Positions 49,825 to 58,126 of a DNA stretch of 64,000 bases are shown piece by piece. The stretch covers positions 16,769-80,768 of the forward strand of contig CAWIEG010000011.1 in assembly GCA_963835125.1 (NCBI GenBank). Direction: 5' to 3'. How positions within the stretch are numbered: position 1 is the first letter of the stretch; each line of letters starts with the position of its first letter. This DNA comes from an uncultured Acidobacteriaceae bacterium (lineage in GTDB: Bacteria; Acidobacteriota; Terriglobia; Terriglobales; Acidobacteriaceae). Both the position numbers and the translations under genes were made by a program. Under the pieces are notes generated by a model that was given only the letters and a program-made list of their open reading frames with translations, was not told the DNA's origin and did no database searches.

Positions 49825-51261
49825 ATGACAGCTCTCGAACTCTCCACCCAGGATTTCCGCCGTTTAGCTGCCGACATCGTCAACCTCTGCGCGGAATATT
49901 TGTCCACCTTAGACCAACGTTCCACGTTTCCCCAGACAACCGGTGCAGATAGCCAGCGCCTCTTCGACCTCGACCTGCCGGAGCGCGGCATGGGCGATCA
50001 GGCCTTTGCCGCGCTTACGGATGTTATCGGGAACTCGCGTGTTCAAAACGGCCGCTTTTTCGGATACGTCCATGGATCGGGAGAGCCAATTGCCGCGCTC
50101 GGCGATCTCCTGGCTTCAGTTCTGAACCAGAACATCACGGCCTGGCGTTCTTCGCCGGCAGGTGTAACCATCGAGCGCACTGTGGTTCGCTGGTTGTCAG
50201 AAGCAGTCGGCTGCCGTGGTTTCGTCGGGACGCTGACCAGTGGAGGCTCCGCTGCCAACCTTATGGGTCTGGCTATGGCACGCGAGAGGAAAACTCCGGC
50301 CAACGAACGAGGTCTTTACAATGCGAGGACGGGCATAATCTACGCCTCAGAGCAAGTACACATGGCCGTGCCCAAAGCCGTGGCCATGCTCGGAATTGGG
50401 CGTGAAAATCTGCATTACATCCCATGCGACGATTCTTACCGCATGGTGCCGTCGCTACTGGAGCGAGCGATCCGCCAGGACGAAGCGCAAGGGCGGGCGC
50501 CAATTGCAGTGGTTGCATCGGCGGGAACCGTAAACACCGGCTCTATCGACCCGCTGCGAGAAATCGCAGCTATTGCCCGCTCCCATGATCTCTGGATGCA
50601 CGTAGATGGCGCCTACGGGGCCCTGGCTGCGATGGCTGCGCCTGAAAAATTCGATGGTCTGGCTCTGGCCGATTCACTTTCCCTCGATCCCCATAAATGG
50701 CTGTACCAACCCCTCGATTGCGGGTGCCTGCTTTATCGAGATGCCGCGTCGGCGCAGAGTACCTTCACTTATACCGGCAACTATGCCAAACAACTTAGTT
50801 CCGATCCAGTTGAGGGCTTTGCATTTTTCGAGGAGTCTATCGAGCTTTCGCGCCGCTTCCGCGCCTTGAAACTATGGCTCTCGCTACGCTACCACGGGCT
50901 GGCCGCCTTCCGCGCCGCCATCCAGCAGGACCTCGATCATGCTCAACACCTGGCGGCGGCAATCAAAGATTCTGCTCTGCTTGAGCTTCTTGGTCCGGTT
51001 GAGCTAAGCGCAGTTTGCTTCCGCCACGTGCTGGACAAGGACGCCTCCGAAGACATGCGCAATCGCTTCAATCTGGCCTTGTTGAAACGCATTGTTGCGC
51101 GCGGGAAGGTGTATCTCTCGAACGCAGAATTGAAGGGCAAGTTCTGTCTTCGTGCCTGCATTGTGAATCACCGTACACGGGAAGGAGATATCTCTGCGGT
51201 GGTTCGCGAGGTTCTAGAGGTTGCGCATGACGTAATCTCAGAGGTCGGCAATATGGTCTAG
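49825..51261 (+). CDS. PLP-dependent group II decarboxylase (aromatic-L-amino-acid/glutamate decarboxylase family)
   Basis: TSGGSAANL...HVDGAYGA...SLSLDPHKWLYQPLDCG (PLP-Lys motif). Confidence 0.85.
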   Translation: MTALELSTQDFRRLAADIVNLCAEYLSTLDQRSTFPQTTGADSQRLFDLDLPERGMGDQAFAALTDVIGNSRVQNGRFFGYVHGSGEPIAALGDLLASVLNQNITAWRSSPAGVTIERTVVRWLSEAVGCRGFVGTLTSGGSAANLMGLAMARERKTPANERGLYNARTGIIYASEQVHMAVPKAVAMLGIGRENLHYIPCDDSYRMVPSLLERAIRQDEAQGRAPIAVVASAGTVNTGSIDPLREIAAIARSHDLWMHVDGAYGALAAMAAPEKFDGLALADSLSLDPHKWLYQPLDCGCLLYRDAASAQSTFTYTGNYAKQLSSDPVEGFAFFEESIELSRRFRALKLWLSLRYHGLAAFRAAIQQDLDHAQHLAAAIKDSALLELLGPVELSAVCFRHVLDKDASEDMRNRFNLALLKRIVARGKVYLSNAELKGKFCLRACIVNHRTREGDISAVVREVLEVAHDVISEVGNMV

Positions 51262-51441
51262 CGGTCAGATGGCGATTCGTTACTGCCGCCACTATTGCTG
51301 GTGCGAAAAGGGGACTCGCCCATTAAGATCAAGGAGAGCTAAAGGTGAGACCATCATCCCAGTCGTCAGCAGTTGGGCGATCGACCGTGTAGAGGTCACG
51401 CGGTCGCGGCTCCGATTCGACCAGAAAGGGCCTTCTGCAAT

Positions 51442-52371
51442 ATGAAGTACGACGTCTTCATCTCCTTCAAAGACTCTGGCAAGGATGGTTTGCCAACACC
51501 GGATTCCACGCACGCGCGCGCCGTTTACGAAGCGCTCATGGCAATCGGGTTGAAGGTGTTCTTCAGTGAAGAGTCGCTCGCCGAGGCGGGACAGGGCAAT
51601 TTCTCCAGGAGCATCGAGACTGCGCTCGAATCGGCCCGCATTTTAATTCTCGTGGCCTCCTGCCGCGAACACATCGAGTCGCGCTGGGTCGAAGCTGAGT
51701 GGGATTCCTTCCTGGAGGACCTGCGCAGCGGCAACAAGCAGGGCGAACTGTTCATTCTCAGCTGCGGCAAACTGAGCCCAGCCGACCTGCCTCTCTTTCT
51801 CCGCCGTCAGCAAATGTTTCCTGCGGATGGCCTCGACAAATTGCTCAAGTTTGTTGTCAATGCCATGCCGCGGCGTAGCTCGCTCCGTGATTTCATACGG
51901 GGATCACTGCACTGTTTCCACCCCGAGAAGGACGAAGACAAAGTCTATCTGCTGACCGTTCACCCAGGCAGCAATGCAGATACCTACCACGTCACGGCCT
52001 ATTGGGGTGCGCGAACCGCGAAGAGGCTGAACAGCCAGATGAAAGTCCGCGATGTCCCGGCAGGGCGGGCCCAGTTGGAGGTGGAGAGGGATAAGAAGGA
52101 AAAGCTCCGCAACGGCTACGTCGAAAAACCCTTTGCCAGGATCCTGACACCCGAAGCCCGGTCGCTCATGTCGGCATCGCTGGGCTTGTACGAGGCTCCA
52201 GGAAAGGCCGGCCCGGCGCGTGCAGCCGGCTCGAAGGCGGGCCGATCCAGCAAGTCGCAGCAGGCTGCCGAAGAGACGGCCGGAACAGCGGCAAAGCGCA
52301 AGGTGGAATCGCGCGTGTCTGGGGCGGCCGCCAGAGGAAAGACAGTCAGGGCGGCGCGCAAGCAACAGTAG
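51442..52371 (+). CDS. TIR-domain protein fused to a WGR domain and a Lys/Arg/Ala-rich tail
   Basis: N-terminus MKYDVFISFKDSGKD...KVFFSEESL...ILILVASCREHIESRWVEAEWDSFL is a TIR fold with the conserved Glu region. Residues about 155-235, KVYLLTVHPGSNADTYHVTAYWGARTAKRLNSQMKVRDVPAGRAQLEVERDKKEKLRNGYVE, fit the WGR pattern (KFY..., WGRIG, eK..kGY). The C-terminal 70 aa are basic and low-complexity. Confidence 0.75.
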   Translation: MKYDVFISFKDSGKDGLPTPDSTHARAVYEALMAIGLKVFFSEESLAEAGQGNFSRSIETALESARILILVASCREHIESRWVEAEWDSFLEDLRSGNKQGELFILSCGKLSPADLPLFLRRQQMFPADGLDKLLKFVVNAMPRRSSLRDFIRGSLHCFHPEKDEDKVYLLTVHPGSNADTYHVTAYWGARTAKRLNSQMKVRDVPAGRAQLEVERDKKEKLRNGYVEKPFARILTPEARSLMSASLGLYEAPGKAGPARAAGSKAGRSSKSQQAAEETAGTAAKRKVESRVSGAAARGKTVRAARKQQ

Positions 52372-52579
52372 GGTCAAGGACTGGCGCGGCGGATCGGACG
52401 ACCACTCCGTTTCCAGCCCTCACTGCGGCCGGCGGCCTGGATCAGTCCATCAGCTAAGAGACGCCTTCGAAGCTCATATCCACGCCAAGCTCTGGCTGAG
52501 GTGGTGGACCTTATCTGAGTTCACCGGTCCCAAGTGCGAGCGCTAACGAAGCCGTCGAGAACCAACGCTCCGACTGCCA

Positions 52580-53791
52580 CTAACTCAGGAACGGCCCGAA
52601 GTGCGATGTCTGCACTGCGCCCCCGGCGGCCTTGCCGATCTTAAATAAGGTCGTCATATTTTCCACGGCATCCATCTTCTGGATGTTGCTCGGCTGCACG
52701 TCCGGGAATCCCAAATTGCGGAGACCCGTGTCGCTGAGATCGGCGTTATAACGCGCGTACAAAAAACGACGTCCCAAGTCTGTTGAAAGTGGAATGGTTG
52801 GAGCCTGGTATTGCTCGGCCGTGGTCATCCCTTCGTGCACCTGTCGCGGCACCAGATCGAGGATTTCGCTGTCGAGCGGAGCGCCATACGTGCAGCGTCC
52901 CACGGTACGGCAGTTGATGTCCTGGTCGATCAACATTCCGTACATGAGTTCACCCGGAAGCCCTGCGACGGTGGACACCATGTTTTGGTTCGGCGCGGCA
53001 GCCGTAGCTCCTTTCGACTCGGCAGCTCCCGTGCCCACGGATATTAGCAGCAGGTTGTTCTCCCCGGTCTTCCAGTTCAACCGGTATGCGGGCTCGGTGG
53101 CCATGCGGTACAGCAGGAATGCTGGATCGTTGTAGGGAGTCACGCCCCCATCGGCAAAAACGAATGTCTCCGAAGCGTCGTTCGGGTTCCACTGCAGAAT
53201 TTCGGGAGGGAAATACACCGGGGCGGCAGTGCTGGCCCGAACCAACTGCCAGAGTGGAATCTTCAGGTTGTTGTTGTCTGTAGTCGGATCATTGTATTTG
53301 GCGTCCGGGTTACTGCTGATCGGCCACGGGGAGTCCGTCGTAACGTTCTTGGTGACCACCAGAAGCAGGCACTTCAGCCCTTGGTCTGCGGTACTCTGCG
53401 GCGCCGCCAAGGTTGTGTTCTCGCCAAACACATCCCTCAGTTTTGCCCGCAGCGGATCCGCGGTGTAGAGACACTTGAGTCTTTGCAGCAGCCTTGACGG
53501 CTCAAACATTTCTTCTCCGGCGGAGTTATAGAAGTCGACCAGTTCTGCCGTGGTTTTCCCGAGCGACAGGCCTGCGGCGATGATCGCCCCCGTACTGGTC
53601 CCGGCGATGTAGTCGAAATACTCGTGGAGCTTCTGGCCTGTCTTTTGGTGTATCAATTCCTCGATCTGGCTCAATATGCCGAGCGTGATCAGACCGCGTA
53701 TCCCACCTCCGTCAAGCGCCAGCATTCGGTGAGGTCTATCTTCTTCATAACGGCTACGCAGCGATTTCCATTCGATGGGACGCAGGAGCAT
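52580..53791 (-). CDS. Patatin-like phospholipase
   Basis: LALDGGGIRGLITLG (oxyanion hole), YIAGTSTGAIIA (GxSxG nucleophile), FADGGVTPYNDP (catalytic Asp). Full-length patatin architecture of 403 aa. Confidence 0.88.
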   Translation of the reverse strand: MLLRPIEWKSLRSRYEEDRPHRMLALDGGGIRGLITLGILSQIEELIHQKTGQKLHEYFDYIAGTSTGAIIAAGLSLGKTTAELVDFYNSAGEEMFEPSRLLQRLKCLYTADPLRAKLRDVFGENTTLAAPQSTADQGLKCLLLVVTKNVTTDSPWPISSNPDAKYNDPTTDNNNLKIPLWQLVRASTAAPVYFPPEILQWNPNDASETFVFADGGVTPYNDPAFLLYRMATEPAYRLNWKTGENNLLLISVGTGAAESKGATAAAPNQNMVSTVAGLPGELMYGMLIDQDINCRTVGRCTYGAPLDSEILDLVPRQVHEGMTTAEQYQAPTIPLSTDLGRRFLYARYNADLSDTGLRNLGFPDVQPSNIQKMDAVENMTTLFKIGKAAGGAVQTSHFGPFLS

Positions 53792-54018
53792 GGAATCCCC
53801 TTTTCATTTACGACAGTGCATAATACGGTTCGTGTGAGACTCGTTGAGGAGGCCACCGGATCATAACTCTCTTCCGCGCCTGCAGTCGATGTCATTGATG
53901 GGTTGCGGGAACAGCCGCGCCCCGGGAACAGCGCAGCAGTTCCAAGGGGGGTGTCGAACCAGGGGATGATGGTGTCCGTGAATCGCAGAGAGTTCTTCGT
54001 CGAATTGGGGTATCGGCA

Positions 54019-54594
54019 GTGACTAGCAAAGCGTCAGTCTTAGAAGCCCGCGGGAAATCCGCTGGACGCACCGTCATCATCGAAGCCGGACGGCGTGTCG
54101 ACGCACCGGACGCGCAGAGTCCACGCTTTCGGCCGTCCAAAGTCTCCGAGGTAAGCCGCCGCATAAGGGAATTGCTACATAAGCAGAATCCGTTGGCGGT
54201 CGTTTGTTCCGCTGCTTGCGGCGCCGATCTCCTCCTGCTGCAAGCTGCTGGGGAAATGCACATCGAGCAGGTCGTGCTCTTGCCCTCGGAACCGGAAGCC
54301 TTTCGAAAGTCCTCCGTGACGGATCATCCAGGAAACTGGGGCGAACTCTATGACCAGGTATTGAAAACGGCACGAGTGGAGATCCTGGGACTTCCTGAAG
54401 GTCAGGAGGGGTACCTGGAAACCAATCGCAAGCTACTCGATCGCGGTCAGCAACTGGCGCGCGAGAACAGCGTGCCTGCCGAAGCCCTGGTGATATGGAA
54501 CGGAATCTCGCGCGGCCCCGACGACGTTACGGCTCACTTCCTGCATGAGGCCAAGTCACGCAAGATGACGGTGCTGGAAATCTCCACTGTGTGA
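54019..54594 (+). CDS. Uncharacterised alpha/beta protein, possibly SLOG-superfamily (YpsA/MoCo-carrier/LOG-like)
   Basis: 191 aa: RTVIIEAGRRVDAPDAQSPRFRP...LAVVCSAACGADLLLLQAAGEMHIEQVVLLP...FRKSSV...WGELYDQVL. The Gly-rich loop plus helix after a beta-strand recalls SLOG nucleotide-binding motifs. Assignment is from memory only. GTG start. Confidence 0.4.
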   Translation: MTSKASVLEARGKSAGRTVIIEAGRRVDAPDAQSPRFRPSKVSEVSRRIRELLHKQNPLAVVCSAACGADLLLLQAAGEMHIEQVVLLPSEPEAFRKSSVTDHPGNWGELYDQVLKTARVEILGLPEGQEGYLETNRKLLDRGQQLARENSVPAEALVIWNGISRGPDDVTAHFLHEAKSRKMTVLEISTV

Positions 54595-54734
54595 ACACGG
54601 CTGTAAGGGCGGAAAAGTAGAATCTTTGCCGAGGACACCATGCCACCCATCTGCTTTATGGCATACCTGACCCCTGACCAACGGATTTCGTGCCTAACAG
54701 TTGCTGTCGCCAGCTGGTTGAGAGTTAGCAGACT

Positions 54735-55847
54735 TTATTGGAACTCAAGCATCACGATTTCGGGATTCGATCCGAGGCGGAGCGGCGGTCCCCAAGTTCC
54801 TGCTCCGCTCGACGTGAAAACCTGCATTTTTCCAATCCGGCTCAGGCCGTAAACAAACTGCCGGTAAGCCCGCCGCGCCATCCAACTCCAGGGTATGAAC
54901 TGCCCCAAATGAGTGTGCCCCGAGAGTTGCAGGGAAATACCCGCAGCTTCCGCGATCTCCGGATGGTCAGGCGCGTGCGTCAACAGAATGCTGGGGCGGT
55001 CGCGATCCAAACGGATCTCGTGTAACGCCGACGCAAGGTGTGCTTTTTGCGTTGCATTCCGGTACGGCACGCCAACAATCTGCAAGCCATCCAGTTCCAC
55101 CTTCTCATTGCTGAGCACGCGCACTCCGGCAGCGGCAATGGCGCGCAGATATTTGCTGTCGTCCCCAAATTGCTCATGATTGCCGGCCACGAAATACACT
55201 CCGTGGGGGGCGACCAATTGGTTCAGTGGCTCCGCCGCTCTCTGCGCGTCGATGGCCGTCCCGTCATAGAGGTCTCCGGCGATAAAAATCGCGTCTGGCT
55301 CCTGTTTCAAGATCGTCGCCACTATCCGCCTCAGGAAACTGCCGTTCCGCACAGGTCCGAGGTGTAAATCGCTGATCAACGCCGCGCGTCGTCCGCGCCA
55401 CGCCGCCGGTAGGTTCGCGAGCCGCACTGTTGTTCGCGTGATCCGCGTCCAGCTTGCGTTGAAAACCCCGTAGAGTCCGGCGAAGACTGCTACACCAAAC
55501 AAGAACTCAACGGTCCGATGAAAGTTCATGTCCAGCCCGGCCACTCGCCCAATCCCGAAAAGAATCCAGGAGGCAGTCGCTGCGAGCAGGAGAAAGCTGA
55601 ACAGGCCTGTCCAAACCGCAGCAACCCGGTAAATCGCGCTCACAACTGCGTTCGTATAGCGATAGGCGAGTAGCGAGGCAGCCACAAAGCTTACCGACAA
55701 GATGCCCAGGACGAGTTTGATCCAGAACGCTCCCGGTGTATTGCTCTGGGCGGATGAAAATGTCCACGTTTTGTAGAGCAGCCAATGCGTCGACCAGAGA
55801 ACGAACTGAATCACTGCAATAAAACCAATTAAGCTTCTTCGTGTCAT
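54735..55847 (-). CDS. Membrane-anchored metallophosphoesterase (YkuE-like calcineurin-type)
   Basis: Four or five N-terminal TM segments, then ISDLHLG, IAGDLYDG, GNHE, LTHAP, SGHTHLGQ. Confidence 0.85.
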   Translation of the reverse strand: MTRRSLIGFIAVIQFVLWSTHWLLYKTWTFSSAQSNTPGAFWIKLVLGILSVSFVAASLLAYRYTNAVVSAIYRVAAVWTGLFSFLLLAATASWILFGIGRVAGLDMNFHRTVEFLFGVAVFAGLYGVFNASWTRITRTTVRLANLPAAWRGRRAALISDLHLGPVRNGSFLRRIVATILKQEPDAIFIAGDLYDGTAIDAQRAAEPLNQLVAPHGVYFVAGNHEQFGDDSKYLRAIAAAGVRVLSNEKVELDGLQIVGVPYRNATQKAHLASALHEIRLDRDRPSILLTHAPDHPEIAEAAGISLQLSGHTHLGQFIPWSWMARRAYRQFVYGLSRIGKMQVFTSSGAGTWGPPLRLGSNPEIVMLEFQ

Positions 55848-55940
55848 TGATTCCTCAACCTGTCATCAACCACTACTGGCCCCGCCGTATGAGCTAGAGC
55901 TTCGCTTCAGCTATCGGGAAAGCAACAATCGTTCCGCTTG

Positions 55941-56849
55941 TTAGTCGGCCACGGCAATCTTTTCCGTCTCGAAATAGTGGCCTTGGTCCAGATCGGCGAT
56001 GAGGCCGGGCTGGACCGGGCGCCAACCCAGCTCCTCCCGAGTCTTCGCGCTTGATGCCGGCCCGTCCATCGCAAAAAACATCGCCATCCAGCCAAAGTGG
56101 CCGGCTGCTTCTTCGCCCGACTTGGACACGACCGGCACGTTCAGGCTTCGTCCAATGACCTCGGCAATCTCTTTCGTTGGGACGCCCTCGTCAGCTATGG
56201 CGTGATAGCGAGCTCCCGCCACTCCTTTCTCCAGCGCCAGCCTGTACAGGTGAGCAGCATCGAGCCGATGAACCGCAGGCCAGCGGTTGAGTCCATCACC
56301 CACATACGCCGAAACGCCCTTTTCACGGGCGATGGCGATAAGCCGCGGAACAAATCCATGATCACCGTTGCCATGCACCGAGGGCGGCAGCCGCAGCACC
56401 ATCCCACGCCCACCAAGCGCGGCCATCGCCAGCGTTGCCTGCTCCGATTTGCGGGGGAAGTTGCTGTCGGCCGCATCCCCTTCCGTTACGAATGCGCCGC
56501 GGGCCTGAGCGACCAGGCTCCCGGAAGTGACGACCAGTGGGCGATCTGAGCCGGCGAGCGCACTGCCCAGCGTCTCTATTGCGCGCTGGTCCGCCTCGGC
56601 AGCTGGGCCGTAATTGTTGAAGTCGTGAATGAAGGCGCAGTGGATCACGCCATCCGAACCCGCCGCCGCAGAACGCAGGCTATCGAGATCCTCGAGCGAT
56701 CCGAGATGTACTTGAGCTCCGGCCGCAGCAAGGGACTGGGCGCCCGCATCTGACCGAGCCAGACCCATAACCTGATGTCCCGCATTGATCAGCTCTCGGA
56801 CAACCGCGGAGCCGATGAAGCCTGTAGAACCTGTCACGAAAACGCGCAT
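55941..56849 (-). CDS. NAD(P)-binding atypical SDR / epimerase-family oxidoreductase
   Basis: [33 protein letters not shown]... Rossmann TGxxGxxG motif. Confidence 0.8.
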   Translation of the reverse strand: MRVFVTGSTGFIGSAVVRELINAGHQVMGLARSDAGAQSLAAAGAQVHLGSLEDLDSLRSAAAGSDGVIHCAFIHDFNNYGPAAEADQRAIETLGSALAGSDRPLVVTSGSLVAQARGAFVTEGDAADSNFPRKSEQATLAMAALGGRGMVLRLPPSVHGNGDHGFVPRLIAIAREKGVSAYVGDGLNRWPAVHRLDAAHLYRLALEKGVAGARYHAIADEGVPTKEIAEVIGRSLNVPVVSKSGEEAAGHFGWMAMFFAMDGPASSAKTREELGWRPVQPGLIADLDQGHYFETEKIAVAD

Positions 56850-56861
56850 AAGTATTGCCTC

Positions 56862-57164
56862 CTAGTAATTGGCCGGTTCGAGTTCGGCACTAGCCGGGAC
56901 CGGAGTTGTCTGGCTGCGACGGCTGGCAAGCCGTGTCGAAGCGCTAAAGGTGATGAGTCGCCAGTCGCACGTTGAAGCCGGCAGAGTCTTGGTTGCCAGG
57001 AATTCGTCCAACCACTCCTCTGCCGAGAGTTCGGCCTGTTCCGACCCGAACAACTCCGTGACTGCCGCAAAGAACGCGGCCAACTCATGCTCTGCCATGC
57101 CTAAGAGCTCGGAACAAGTGGGATTGTGGTCCTGCGATACGTTGTCAGGCGCGAGTTCATTCAT
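56862..57164 (-). CDS. Hypothetical protein
   Basis: MNELAPDNVSQDHNPTCSELLGMAEHELAAFFAAV... ATG at 57164 behind GGAGG. No family recognised. Confidence 0.4.
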   Translation of the reverse strand: MNELAPDNVSQDHNPTCSELLGMAEHELAAFFAAVTELFGSEQAELSAEEWLDEFLATKTLPASTCDWRLITFSASTRLASRRSQTTPVPASAELEPANY

Positions 57165-57196
57165 ATTCTTGACCTCCAGCATGAAGGAAGAGCGGT

Positions 57197-58087
57197 TTAC
57201 GTTTGCACTACGCGGCCTCGGCCGATGGCATCGAGGTCGGCAAGCACGTTGGCGGGAATCCGCAGCGTTGCGGCCTTGAGATTCTCGCGAAGATGCGCAC
57301 GCGAAGATGTCCCCGGTATCAGCAGGATGTTGGGCGAGCGCTGGAGAAGCCAGGCAAGCGCGACCTGCATCGGAGTCGCTTCCAGTGAAGCTGCGACGGT
57401 GTCGAGTTCCGACGACTGCAGCGGGGTAAATCCACCTAACGGAAAAAACGGAACGTACGCGATACCCTCGGTCGCGAGGTCATCGATAAAGCCGTCGTCA
57501 TTTCTGTGTGCAAGGTTGTAAAAGTTCTGGACACATACGATTTCGGTGATTTGCTGACCCTCTGCGAACTGCGCAGGAGTGACGTTGCTCAAGCCGATGT
57601 GACGGACCAGTCCCTGGCGCTTGAGTTCAGCAAGCACAGTCAGGGGCTCTTCGATCGATCCCTCCGACGGCTCCAGAATTCCTCCTACGCGAAGGTTGAC
57701 GACATCGAGGTAATCGCGGCCGAGATTTCTAAGGTTGTCATGCACTCCGGCAATCAGTTCCTGGGGGGAATGCGCCGGGATCCAGGACGCGTCGTCACCT
57801 CTACGGGCGCCAAGTTTCGTGACGATCACGAGACCGTCCGGATAGGGATGGAGGGCACGCTTGATAAGCTGATTGGTTACGTGCGGGCCGTAATAGTCGC
57901 TAGTGTCGATGTGGTTCACGCCGGCCCCGACTGCCTCGCGCAAGACCGCAATAGCTTCGTCAACGTCGCGTGGCGGCCCGAAGACGCCCGGCCCCGTAAG
58001 TTGCATGGCGCCGTAGCCCATGCGGTCCACGCTGATCTCTGTGTCATGCAACGGGAAGCTGCCCGCGAGATCTGTCTTTTCAACCAT
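57197..58087 (-). CDS. Aldo/keto reductase
   Basis: MGYGAMQLTG...INHIDTSDYYG...VIVTKLG...IGLSNV...VQNFYNL...PFFPLG. ATG at 58087 behind AGGAGG. Confidence 0.88.
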   Translation of the reverse strand: MVEKTDLAGSFPLHDTEISVDRMGYGAMQLTGPGVFGPPRDVDEAIAVLREAVGAGVNHIDTSDYYGPHVTNQLIKRALHPYPDGLVIVTKLGARRGDDASWIPAHSPQELIAGVHDNLRNLGRDYLDVVNLRVGGILEPSEGSIEEPLTVLAELKRQGLVRHIGLSNVTPAQFAEGQQITEIVCVQNFYNLAHRNDDGFIDDLATEGIAYVPFFPLGGFTPLQSSELDTVAASLEATPMQVALAWLLQRSPNILLIPGTSSRAHLRENLKAATLRIPANVLADLDAIGRGRVVQT

Positions 58088-58126
58088 TTCGTTCCTCCTG
58101 CTTCCGTTCATTACTTGTAGAGAAAG

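Noticed and set aside
49825-51261. PLP decarboxylase as a component of the TIR/patatin cluster.
   Set aside because: It is an ordinary group II decarboxylase with its own 180-nt spacer before the TIR gene. I know of no precedent or mechanistic reason for a link, so it was kept as a neighbour only.
54735-55847. Membrane metallophosphoesterase as a signal-degrading component of the putative defence module.
   Set aside because: This is a common housekeeping-type YkuE-like architecture. It is convergent with the SLOG-like gene, and the sequence alone gives no specific evidence.
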